Shown here piece after piece: positions 27,548 through 36,185 of a stretch of 64,000 nt of DNA. Source of the stretch: Candidatus Abawacabacteria bacterium. GTDB lineage: Bacteria; Patescibacteriota; Gracilibacteria; RBG-16-42-10. Within the stretch, counting starts at the first letter, position 1, and each line of letters opens with the position of its first letter. The notes below the pieces were generated by a model. The model was not told where the DNA came from. It saw nothing but the letters and a program-made list of their open reading frames with translations, and did not search any database. The position numbers and the translations under genes are program-made. Location of the stretch: the NCBI GenBank assembly GCA_016207805.1, contig JACQZO010000020.1:35634-99633 (forward strand). Direction: 5' to 3'.

Positions 27548-29233
27548 ATGACCCAATCCTGTAAACATTGCCAACAAAGCTTCACCATCACTCAAGATGA
27601 TTTAAATAAAATCGCTCATCTTTCCCCTACTATTGCAGGTATTAAATTAACTCTACCACCACCGAAACTTTGTCCTGAATGTCGCAAACAAAGAAGAGCA
27701 ACCTATAGGAATGAACGGAAGCTCTATCACAGGAAATGTAATCATTGCCAGAAAGAAATTATTTCTGTCTATGCACCAGAAAAACCTTACAATGTCTTCT
27801 GTCTCACTTGTTGGTGGGATGACAAACATAATCCTGCTGATTATGGTCAAGAGTTCGACTTCAGTAGACCTTTCTTTGCTCAATATGATGAATTACTTAA
27901 GAAAGTCCCGCTACCAGCTTTAATTTCTTCGCCTGATGCTGAAGAAAATAATTGCTCGTATATCAACTATGCCGGTAATAGCAAAAATTGCTACATGACA
28001 TTTGATGCTGATTTTAATGAAGATTCATATTATTCCAATATCTTGAAACATTCTAAGAATTGCATGGAATGTTCTTCACTGCAGGAATCTGAATTATGTT
28101 ATGAGACATTAATATCCACGGGTTGTTATCATACCTTCTTTTCTCAAGAACTTACCAATTGCCAAGATTGTTACTTTCTCAAAAACTGTATTGGCTGTCG
28201 TAATTGTTTGCTTTGTGTGAATCTTAACCACAAAGAATATTGCATCATGAATAAGCAATACACTAAGGAACAATACTTAGAGTATATGAGCAAGATAGAT
28301 TTGGGTGATCGCAAGACTATTCAAGCATTAGAACAAGAACTAGAAAAACTAGCGGCATCAGCACCTCATAAGTTTATTCATGGCGTAAACTTAGAGAATT
28401 GTACCGGAGACTATATGGTCAACGCTAAAAATTGCCAGAATTGTTTTATGGTGGGAAATGTAGAAGATCTCACCTACTGTGACTCACTTTATCGAGCAAA
28501 AGACTGCATGGATGTCTCCTCCTTTGGCGAACAATTAGAGCGCGCCTATGAAACTGTTTCCAGCGGTATCAATGCCTACGAATTACAATTTTGCCAAGTT
28601 TGCGCCACCAATACCTATAATCTTCAATACAATTATGGCTCCAGAAATAGTAAAAATAGCTTTGGCTCAGTAGCCCTAAAATCGAATGAATACTGCATTC
28701 TTAATAAGCAATATACAAAAGACACATATGAAAAGTTAGTGTCTAAGATTGTTGAGCATATGAAGAGCACTGGTGAATGGGGTGAATATTTCCCGATGTC
28801 TATTTCTCCCTATGCTTACAATGAAACAGTAGCCAATGAATTCTTTCCCCTAAGCAAAGAACAAGCTCTTAAACTGGACGCTACCTGGAAAGAAGAAGAT
28901 CTGATGAATCGTTATGAAGGCCCTAAAGTGGTAGTGCCAGAAAATATCAAAGATGTTTCGGAGCAAGTTTTAAAACAGATACTTACCTGCGATAAATGTG
29001 GCAAAAACTATAAACTCATTGCCCAAGAATTAAAGTTTTATCAAGAACAAAAACTACCTTTACCAATATGGTGCTTCAATTGTCGTCATGAAAAAAGGAT
29101 GAGCAAACGAAACCCACAACATTTATGGGATCGCAATTGTAGCCAGTGCAATACCTCATTAAAGACTAGCTACTCTCCTAATCGCCCAGAAAAAATCTAC
29201 TGCGAGCCTTGCTACCAAAAACTAGTTTTCTAA
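27548..29233 (+). CDS. Cys-rich family, array member 13 (N1+ N2+ C1+ C2+), partial Cys erosion in core
   Basis: 561 aa, collinear with member 2 (PDAEE.NC.Y.N.AG, EDLTYCDSL, GSRNS). Several core Cys are replaced (SFGSVALKSNEYC versus CFGCIALKSNEYC; YETLISTGCYHTFFSQELTNC versus YQCVDCTQCYNLLYSQDCANC). Confidence 0.9.
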   Translation: MTQSCKHCQQSFTITQDDLNKIAHLSPTIAGIKLTLPPPKLCPECRKQRRATYRNERKLYHRKCNHCQKEIISVYAPEKPYNVFCLTCWWDDKHNPADYGQEFDFSRPFFAQYDELLKKVPLPALISSPDAEENNCSYINYAGNSKNCYMTFDADFNEDSYYSNILKHSKNCMECSSLQESELCYETLISTGCYHTFFSQELTNCQDCYFLKNCIGCRNCLLCVNLNHKEYCIMNKQYTKEQYLEYMSKIDLGDRKTIQALEQELEKLAASAPHKFIHGVNLENCTGDYMVNAKNCQNCFMVGNVEDLTYCDSLYRAKDCMDVSSFGEQLERAYETVSSGINAYELQFCQVCATNTYNLQYNYGSRNSKNSFGSVALKSNEYCILNKQYTKDTYEKLVSKIVEHMKSTGEWGEYFPMSISPYAYNETVANEFFPLSKEQALKLDATWKEEDLMNRYEGPKVVVPENIKDVSEQVLKQILTCDKCGKNYKLIAQELKFYQEQKLPLPIWCFNCRHEKRMSKRNPQHLWDRNCSQCNTSLKTSYSPNRPEKIYCEPCYQKLVF

Positions 29234-29273
29234 TTTCTAATTTGTAATTCGTAATCCGTAATTTGTAATTCTT
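29231..29273 (+). repeat. heptamer tract, GTAATTY class, forming the whole member 13/14 spacer
   Basis: taatttc taatttg taattcg taatccg taatttg taattct t, then ATG. The first unit includes the member 13 TAA stop. Confidence 0.85.
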
Positions 29274-30929
29274 ATGACCACCAATTGCCATCAATGCCAA
29301 AATGCTTTCACGCATACTCCCGAAGACCAAAAGTTCTATACATTATTTAATGTACCAGCTCCTAAGACTTGTCCTAGTTGTCGTATGCATCGCCGCATGA
29401 TGGAACGTAATGTCAAAAGTCTTTACTACCGCAAATGTGATCTCACTGGAGAGCAAATTATTTCACAGTATCATAGTAATGTGCCATTTCCTGTCTATCA
29501 AACAAGTGCTTGGTGGGGAGACGGCTGGGATGCTAGTCAATATGGACAAGACTTTGATTTCTCTCGCCCATTTTTTGAGCAATTGAAAGAGTTACAAAAT
29601 AAAGTACCTCGTGTTGCTCTATGGATTATTCCCACCCTAGAAAATAGTGATTTCACTAATAATACAGGCTATTTAAAGAACTGTTATTTGATCATGGAAA
29701 GTGATTACGACGAAGATTGCTACTATTCCAATTTACTTAAGAAGTCTAAAAATCTCTGTGATTGTTCAGTCTGTTATGAAGCTGAGCTTTGCTATGAATG
29801 TATTGATTGCCAAAACTGCCATGAACTGCGTTATTCACAAGATTGTAAAGGCTGCCAAAATAGTTGGTTCTTAAACAATTGCCAAAGCTGTAAGGATTGC
29901 ATTGGTTGTATCAATCAACGCCATAAGCAATACATGATTTTCAATCAGCAATATAGCAAAGATGAATATGAAAAAATCAAAGCTGAATTAGCTTTACACA
30001 CTAGAAGCGGGGTAAAAAAAGTAGCCGAAAAAGCAAAAACACTTTTCTTATTGCATCCTTATAAAAATGTTAGCAGTGAAAAAGTAGAGAACTGCATTGG
30101 TGACCATCTCTATAATGCTAAAGATTGTTACTTCTGCTTTGATTGTAAAGACATCGAAGATGCCCGTTACTGTACCAAACTTTCTTTGCAGGTAAAAACC
30201 TGTATGGATTATAGCTCTTGGGGCGACAAAGCTGAGCTGGTTTATCAATGTAGCTCCAGTGGCGATGGTGCTTACAATATCAAGTTCTGCACCACCTGTA
30301 CCACCAATGTCCGGGACTTAGAATATTGCGATCTCTGTACTTCATCATCTGATTTATTTGGTTGTGTAGGTATGAAGAAAAAACAATATTGTATTCTTAA
30401 TAAACAATACTCGAAGGATGAATACTTTGCGCTCAAAGCAAAAGTTATCGAACACATGAAAGTAACCGGTGAGTATGGAGAATACTTCCCTGCGGCTAAT
30501 TGTCCCTTCGCCCACAATGAAACCATGGCCCAAGACTTTTTTCCTTTAACTAAAGAAGAAGCACTAGCTCAAGGATATCGCTGGCATGATGAAGACACGA
30601 CCAATCGTTACCAAGGCACTCAAGTAACGGTACCTGAAACCAGTGAAGAAGTTTCTGATGATATCACTAAGCATATTCTTACTTGTGCTACTTGTGGTAA
30701 GAACTACCGTTTCATCATCCAAGAATTACGACTATATCGTCAATTAGGAGTACCACCACCAGTACAATGTTTCGATTGTCGCCACAAAAGAAGAATCAAT
30801 GCGCGCACCCCATTTCAAATTTGGCAAAGAGATTGTGCTAAGTGTCAGCAAAAAATGTACAGCAGCTATGCCCCAAACAGACCAGAAATTGTTTACTGTG
30901 AACAGTGTTATCAAGAAACGGTTTATTAA
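29274..30929 (+). CDS. Cys-rich family, array member 14 (N1+ N2- C1+ C2+)
   Basis: 551 aa, 42 Cys by my count. CHQCQ..CPSCRMHRR..RKCDLTGEQIIS. Core ELCYECIDCQNCHELRYSQDCKGCQNSWFLNNCQSCKDCIGC. VRDLEYC. GEYGEYFP. C-module CATCGKNYRFIIQEL..CFDCRHKRR..DCAKC..VYCEQCY. Confidence 0.9.
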   Translation: MTTNCHQCQNAFTHTPEDQKFYTLFNVPAPKTCPSCRMHRRMMERNVKSLYYRKCDLTGEQIISQYHSNVPFPVYQTSAWWGDGWDASQYGQDFDFSRPFFEQLKELQNKVPRVALWIIPTLENSDFTNNTGYLKNCYLIMESDYDEDCYYSNLLKKSKNLCDCSVCYEAELCYECIDCQNCHELRYSQDCKGCQNSWFLNNCQSCKDCIGCINQRHKQYMIFNQQYSKDEYEKIKAELALHTRSGVKKVAEKAKTLFLLHPYKNVSSEKVENCIGDHLYNAKDCYFCFDCKDIEDARYCTKLSLQVKTCMDYSSWGDKAELVYQCSSSGDGAYNIKFCTTCTTNVRDLEYCDLCTSSSDLFGCVGMKKKQYCILNKQYSKDEYFALKAKVIEHMKVTGEYGEYFPAANCPFAHNETMAQDFFPLTKEEALAQGYRWHDEDTTNRYQGTQVTVPETSEEVSDDITKHILTCATCGKNYRFIIQELRLYRQLGVPPPVQCFDCRHKRRINARTPFQIWQRDCAKCQQKMYSSYAPNRPEIVYCEQCYQETVY

Positions 30930-30967
30930 TTCTGAATGCAGAATGCTGAATTCTGAATTTAATTCAG
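30928..30967 (+). repeat. heptamer tract, CTGAATK class, 3' of member 14 stop
   Basis: aattctg aatgcag aatgctg aattctg aatttaa ttcag. Confidence 0.8.
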
Positions 30968-30992
30968 CACCTTGCACTAAATTGATTCTTCT

Positions 30993-32672
30993 ATGAAAAC
31001 AGTCTGTATAAATTGCCGAAATCCCTATGAAATCACTGAGAGTGATATGGATTTCTACGACAAAATCTCGCCAGTAATTGATGGTAAAAAGTATCCCCTG
31101 CCGGCACCAACCAAATGTCCGAGTTGTCGTGTGCAAAGAAGAATGGCCTGGAGAAATGAAAGAACCCTTTATAATCGCAAATGCGATCTTTGCAAAAAGA
31201 GTATTATTTCCATTTTTACTCCTGAAGCTAAACATCCAGTCTATTGTCCTACCTGCTTTGTTAGTGATAAATGGGATGCTACGCACTATGGTAGAAATTT
31301 TGATTTCTCTCGCCCTTTTTTCGAACAATATAGCGAATTACAAAAGGTCGTTCCCATGACTGCATTGCATCATGAAAGAGAAAATGAAAATTGCGAATAT
31401 ACGAATCTTACTTCCGATAACAAAAATTGCTACCTCGTATTTGCCGCTGGTAACAATGAATTTGCTTTCTATACGACCTACCTCCAAAGATGTCGTGATA
31501 TCGCTGATTGCTTTTTTATCTTTGATAGTGAGCTTTGTTACGAATGTATCGATTGTTATCATGGCTACAATTTACTCTATAGTCACAACTGTCAGAATTG
31601 CTCTGATTCACAATTACTCTTTGATTGTAAAAGCTGCAAACATTGTTTCGGTTGTGTAAATCTCACCAATAAGGAGTTCTACATTTTTAATCAACCCTAT
31701 ACTAAAGAAGAATACGCTAACAAAATAAAAGAGTTAACCAACTCTCGTGAATCTTTTGCCGAAGCAAGAAAAGAAGTAGAAAAAATAAAATTAGCTTTAC
31801 CTCATAAATACTATTCTGGGCACAACAATGAAAACTTTTCTGGGGACCATATATTCTCCTCAAAAAATGCCTTCAACTGTTTTGACTGTAACAATTTAGA
31901 GGATTGCAGCTATTGCACTTGGATGACCAAGAGCAAAGACTGTCAGGATTGTTACGCTTGGGGAAATACTGGAGAGCTTGGTTATGAAAATCATTTATGC
32001 GGCAATGGCTATCACAATGTGAAGTTCTGTGATGGTTGTAGCAATGATATTTCCAACTTGATGTACTCAGAATGTATTCGCAACAGTTCCCATGATATCT
32101 TTGGTTGCATCAGTTTATTTAGAAAAGAATACTGTATCCTCAATAAACCATATGCTAAAGAAGACTACTTTAAGCTACTCGCTCAGATTATGGAGCACAT
32201 GCAAAGAAACGGTGAATGGGGTCAGCCTTTCCCTATTTCTTTATCACGCTTTGCTTACAATGAAACAATAGCCCAGGAGTATGCCCCTTTAAGCAAAGAA
32301 GCGGTGATCTCTTTAGGTGGCAGATGGAAAGAAGAAGAACTAAAAACTCATTACCAAGGTAAATCCACGGCTATTCCCTATGATATCAACGAAGTATCCG
32401 ACGATATTTTGAAAGAGATTTTAAGTTGTAAAACGTGTGGCAAAAATTATCGTTTGATTGCCCAAGAGCTTAACCTGTATCGAAAGCTAAAAGTTTCAGT
32501 ACCAGAAAACTGTTTTGCCTGCCGTTACAAAAATAGATTCAATCAAAGAAATCCTAGAAAGTTATATGAGCGCATCTGTCATTCTTGCCAAATAGAAATT
32601 CAAACCACTTATGATCCCCAGAGACCAGAAACCATACTCTGTGAAACATGTTACTTAAAAGAAACACATTGA
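30993..32672 (+). CDS. Cys-rich family, array member 15 (N1+ N2+ C1+ C2+)
   Basis: 559 aa. CINCRN..CPSCRVQRRMAWRNE..RKCDLCKKSIISIF..VYCPTCFV. C-module CKTCGKNYRLIAQEL..CFACRYKNR..ICHSC..ILCETCYLKETH. Confidence 0.9.
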   Translation: MKTVCINCRNPYEITESDMDFYDKISPVIDGKKYPLPAPTKCPSCRVQRRMAWRNERTLYNRKCDLCKKSIISIFTPEAKHPVYCPTCFVSDKWDATHYGRNFDFSRPFFEQYSELQKVVPMTALHHERENENCEYTNLTSDNKNCYLVFAAGNNEFAFYTTYLQRCRDIADCFFIFDSELCYECIDCYHGYNLLYSHNCQNCSDSQLLFDCKSCKHCFGCVNLTNKEFYIFNQPYTKEEYANKIKELTNSRESFAEARKEVEKIKLALPHKYYSGHNNENFSGDHIFSSKNAFNCFDCNNLEDCSYCTWMTKSKDCQDCYAWGNTGELGYENHLCGNGYHNVKFCDGCSNDISNLMYSECIRNSSHDIFGCISLFRKEYCILNKPYAKEDYFKLLAQIMEHMQRNGEWGQPFPISLSRFAYNETIAQEYAPLSKEAVISLGGRWKEEELKTHYQGKSTAIPYDINEVSDDILKEILSCKTCGKNYRLIAQELNLYRKLKVSVPENCFACRYKNRFNQRNPRKLYERICHSCQIEIQTTYDPQRPETILCETCYLKETH

Positions 32673-32680
32673 GACTAGAA

Positions 32681-32753
32681 AGCAAAGAGCAAAGAGCAAG
32701 GAGCAAAGATATAGCTCCCCTAAACACCTTGCTCTTTGCTCTCTACTCTTTGC
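32681..32753. repeat. heptamer inverted repeat (AGCAAAG class) in the member 15/16 spacer
   Basis: agagcaaagagcaagg (32686-32701) is perfectly complementary to ccttgctctttgctct (32727-32742), a 16 bp stem with a loop of about 25 nt. The arms are AGCAAAG AGCAAAG AGCAAGG AGCAAAG and CCTTGCT CTTTGCT CTCTACT CTTTGC. Confidence 0.85.
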
Positions 32754-32768
32754 ACTTTAACCTATTCT

Positions 32769-34436
32769 ATGTCTCAAGCCTGCATCAATTGTCATCAGCC
32801 ATTCGAAATATTTCCCGAAGATTCACACTTCTATGAAAAGGTTTCACCGGTGGTTCATGGCCAAAAGCTTTTGATCCCATCACCTACTCATTGTCCTACT
32901 TGCCGAATGCAGAGACGATTAGCGTTTAGGAATATGTGGCACCTGTATAACAGAAAGTGTGATCTGAGTGGCAAGGCGATTATTTCCATGTATGCTCCAG
33001 ACAGCGGTTACACAGTATATGAAAATCAGGAATGGTGGTCAGACAAATGGGATGCTCTTTCTTATGGTCGAGAAATAGATTGGAATAAGTCTATCATTAT
33101 GCAAATACATGAATTAATAAAAGTAGTACCGAAGTTTGCTACCCAAAACTCTACCTCAGAAAATTGCAATTATTCTAATATGGTATCGCAGAGTAAGAAT
33201 TGCTATCTCGCATTTGGTTGCGTAGAAAGTGAAGATTGTTTCTACGGCCATATAATTGGCAAATGTAAGCAGTCGATGGATATTATGTATACGTATGGAT
33301 CGGAACGATGCTATGAATGTGTCGACTGCCGCGATTCATACAATCTCAAATTTAGTAAAGATTGTGATAATTGTAGCGACAGTAGTTTTTTAGAAAATTG
33401 CAAAAGCTGTAAACATTGTTTTGGCTGTTTTGGCTTGAGACACAAAGAGTATCATTTCTTTAATCAGCCGTGCTCCCAAGAACAATATGAACATAAGTTA
33501 GCAGAATTTCGCGTGATTTCTACAGAAAAGAAAAAAGTTATTCAGAGTCAATTAGCTGAACTGAGAAAGCAAACACCTGTTCTTTATATGCACTGTATTG
33601 GTAATGAAGATTGCAGTGTCGATTACATCTACTACAGTAAAAATGTTCATGACTCATATGATGTCACTCATGCCGAAGACTGTCGTTATTGCACTACCAC
33701 CAAGGGCAAAGACTGTTATGATATTACTTATGCTAGGGTAGAAAATGAACTGGGTTATGAAGACTTATTTGTACAAGGTTATAATATTCTTTTTTCCCGA
33801 GATTGCGTCGTCAATAACCAACACTTAATTTATTGTGGCAATTGTTTTTCTTGCAAAAACTGCTTTGCTTGTGTGGGGCTACGTAGTAAGGAGTACTGTA
33901 TTTTAAACAGGCAATATTCTAAGGAAGAATATGAAAGTCTCCTGCCAAAGTTAGTAACCTTAATGCAACAACATAATGAATGGGGTGAGTTTTTTCCCAT
34001 GACTCTTTCACTTTTCGCTTACAATGAAAGTGCTGCCAATGAATACTTCCCCTTAACGAAAGAACAAGCTCAAGCACAAGGATTACGCTGGAAAGACAAT
34101 AATGAAATAAACCAATATACTGGACCAAAAGTACAACCTCCTGATGACATTACTCAAGTTTCAGAAAGTATTCTCAAAGAAATTCTCACCTGCGAAACCT
34201 GCCAAAAAAATTACCGTATCGTAGCTCAAGAATTTGCTTTTTATCAAGAGCAAAATATCAGCATCCCTAAAGAATGCTTCTTTTGCAGAAATAAAAGACG
34301 CTTACTTTCACGCAACCCAAGAAAACTTTTTCATCGTAATTGCACCAAATGTAACACCGCGTTACAGACCACTTATGCTCCGGAAAGACCTGAAAAGATT
34401 TTGTGTGAGAATTGTTACTTGAAAGAAACCTATTAA
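32769..34436 (+). CDS. Cys-rich family, array member 16 (N1+ N2- C1+ C2+)
   Basis: ATG at 32769 (MSQACINCHQ) is preferred, because the ORF-track start at 32736 lies inside the repeat arm. CPTCRMQRRLAFRN..RKCDLSGKAIISMY. C-module CETCQKNYRIVAQEF..CFFCRNKRR..NCTKC..TTYAPERPEKILCENCYLKETY. Confidence 0.9.
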   Translation: MSQACINCHQPFEIFPEDSHFYEKVSPVVHGQKLLIPSPTHCPTCRMQRRLAFRNMWHLYNRKCDLSGKAIISMYAPDSGYTVYENQEWWSDKWDALSYGREIDWNKSIIMQIHELIKVVPKFATQNSTSENCNYSNMVSQSKNCYLAFGCVESEDCFYGHIIGKCKQSMDIMYTYGSERCYECVDCRDSYNLKFSKDCDNCSDSSFLENCKSCKHCFGCFGLRHKEYHFFNQPCSQEQYEHKLAEFRVISTEKKKVIQSQLAELRKQTPVLYMHCIGNEDCSVDYIYYSKNVHDSYDVTHAEDCRYCTTTKGKDCYDITYARVENELGYEDLFVQGYNILFSRDCVVNNQHLIYCGNCFSCKNCFACVGLRSKEYCILNRQYSKEEYESLLPKLVTLMQQHNEWGEFFPMTLSLFAYNESAANEYFPLTKEQAQAQGLRWKDNNEINQYTGPKVQPPDDITQVSESILKEILTCETCQKNYRIVAQEFAFYQEQNISIPKECFFCRNKRRLLSRNPRKLFHRNCTKCNTALQTTYAPERPEKILCENCYLKETY

Positions 34437-34438
34437 CC

Positions 34439-34489
34439 AGAGCTAAGAGCTGAGAGCGAAGAGCTAAGATCGGCTCACTCTTAGCTCTA
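34439..34489. repeat. heptamer inverted repeat (AGAGCTR arms) in the member 16/17 spacer
   Basis: agagcta agagctg agagcga agagcta agat cggctcac tcttagctcta. Homologous to the 25746-25810 element. Confidence 0.8.
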
Positions 34490-34496
34490 ACACCCT

Positions 34497-36161
34497 ATGT
34501 CCAATACTTGCCCACAATGTTCCTCACAATTCACCATCGCCCAGGAAGACCTAGACTTTTATGAAAAGGTTTCACCCGAAATTAACTGCAAAAAGTTTTT
34601 AATTCCAGCACCATTACAATGTCCTGATTGTCGGGAACGTAATCGCATTGCTTTTCGAAATGAGCGAAAACTTTATCAAAGAAAATGTGATCTTTGTAAA
34701 AAAGAAATCATTGCCGTTCATGCTTCAGAAAAAAAGACCAAGGTATATTGCACTACTTGTTGGTGGAGTGATAATTGGAACTCCGAAGATTCTGGCCAAG
34801 ATTTCGATTTCAGCAGACCATTTTTTGCTCAACTTCAGGAAGTATTGCTCAAGGCACCTCTGCTCAATCTATTTGCCAAGAATAATGTCAATAGTGACTA
34901 TGTAAACCAAGAGACTGATGACAAAAACTGCTATCTAAATGCCGGGGGACATTTTAATGAAGATTGTTATTACAATACTTACTGTATCAAAGGGAAAAAT
35001 AATGTAGATAATTACTGGCTGATGAGTTCAGAACTTTGTTATATGTGCCTGCACTCGGAAAGTTGCTATCAAAGTAGTTACTTACAATTTTGCCAAAATG
35101 TCAGAGATAGTCAGTACTGTTTTGATTGCAAAGATTGTGATCACTGTTTTGGTTGTTATGGCTTAAGGCATAAAAAGTATTACTTTTTTAATGAACAATT
35201 GACGAAAGAAGCTTACGAAGAAAAAGTAGCCCAGGCTACGAGAGACTATGAAGCGAGAGAATTAACGAAACAAAAAGCAGCTGAGTACTTTCTCAAGTAT
35301 CCTCACAAAGCAACCCAAAATACTCAATGTGAAGACGTTACTGGTGATCAGCTCACTCAATGTAAAAATGCTTATAACTGCTTTAATTCCGAAAAGCTCC
35401 AAGATTGTAAAAATGTTTTTATTGCAGTGGAACTTAAGGATGTTCAAGATATTGGCTCAATTGGTTGGGGAGAGTTAGTGTATTTTTCTGCTTCTTCGAT
35501 GCAATGTTATCAAGTTTGTTTTTGTTCTCATTCATCCGAGATCAAGCAGGCACTTTATTGTTTCCAATGCTTCAATATTCAGCATTGCTTCGGCTGCGTC
35601 GGTTTGCATAATAAAGCATATTGCATTCTCAATAAGCAATATAGCAAAGAACAATATGAAGAACTGCTAGCAAAAGTTATTGCCCATATGCAAAACACAG
35701 GAGAATGGGGACAGTTTTTTCCTATGGCATTATCGCCTTTCGCCTACAATGAAACGGTTGCTCAAGAATATTTTCCTAGAACTCAAGAAGAAATTATTGA
35801 TGAAGGACTCAATTGGCATGATCCACATTCTTTAAATCGTTATGAAGGACCAAAAGTTGCCATTCCTAATCGTATTGAAGAAACACAAGATGAGTTGGTA
35901 AAACAAATTTTAACTTGCGAAGGCTGTGGCAAAAACTACAAGCTCATTCAACAAGAGTTAGAGTTCTATCGTCACATGCATTTGCCAGTGCCTCATCATT
36001 GTTGGGAATGCCGTCATCGTGAACGGATTAATCGTAATCCGCCAAGAAAGCTCTGGAATAGAGAATGTTCATCATGCCAAATAAAGTTACAAACTACTTA
36101 CGCTCCCGAAAGAAAAGAACAAATTGTTTGTGAGCCCTGCTACCTAAAAGAAACGTATTGA
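34497..36161 (+). CDS. Cys-rich family, array member 17 (N1+ N2+ C1+ C2+)
   Basis: 554 aa. CPQCSSQFTIAQEDLDFYEKVSP..CPDCRERNR..RKCDLCKKEIIAVH..VYCTTCWW. C-module CEGCGKNYKLIQQEL..CWECRHRER..ECSSC..TTYAPERKEQIVCEPCYLKETY. Confidence 0.9.
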   Translation: MSNTCPQCSSQFTIAQEDLDFYEKVSPEINCKKFLIPAPLQCPDCRERNRIAFRNERKLYQRKCDLCKKEIIAVHASEKKTKVYCTTCWWSDNWNSEDSGQDFDFSRPFFAQLQEVLLKAPLLNLFAKNNVNSDYVNQETDDKNCYLNAGGHFNEDCYYNTYCIKGKNNVDNYWLMSSELCYMCLHSESCYQSSYLQFCQNVRDSQYCFDCKDCDHCFGCYGLRHKKYYFFNEQLTKEAYEEKVAQATRDYEARELTKQKAAEYFLKYPHKATQNTQCEDVTGDQLTQCKNAYNCFNSEKLQDCKNVFIAVELKDVQDIGSIGWGELVYFSASSMQCYQVCFCSHSSEIKQALYCFQCFNIQHCFGCVGLHNKAYCILNKQYSKEQYEELLAKVIAHMQNTGEWGQFFPMALSPFAYNETVAQEYFPRTQEEIIDEGLNWHDPHSLNRYEGPKVAIPNRIEETQDELVKQILTCEGCGKNYKLIQQELEFYRHMHLPVPHHCWECRHRERINRNPPRKLWNRECSSCQIKLQTTYAPERKEQIVCEPCYLKETY

Positions 36162-36185
36162 ATTCTGAATTAAACTTAATCTTCT

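Noticed and set aside
30744-31328. 194-aa minus-strand ORF spanning the member 14/15 junction, and many 60-150 aa antisense or out-of-frame ORFs inside array genes (for example 1351-1635, 4067-4519, 24544-24774, 31338-31562)
   Set aside because: They lie entirely within or across well-supported plus-strand genes with strong family motifs. They have low-complexity, Ile/Phe-rich translations typical of shadow ORFs in AT-rich DNA, and they show no conservation between paralogous positions.
25744-34496. Possibility that the short tandem intergenic repeats are CRISPR arrays
   Set aside because: Units are 7 nt with no unique spacers between them. Tracts are only 20-70 nt long and are scattered at cistron boundaries. 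No cas genes are present in the window.
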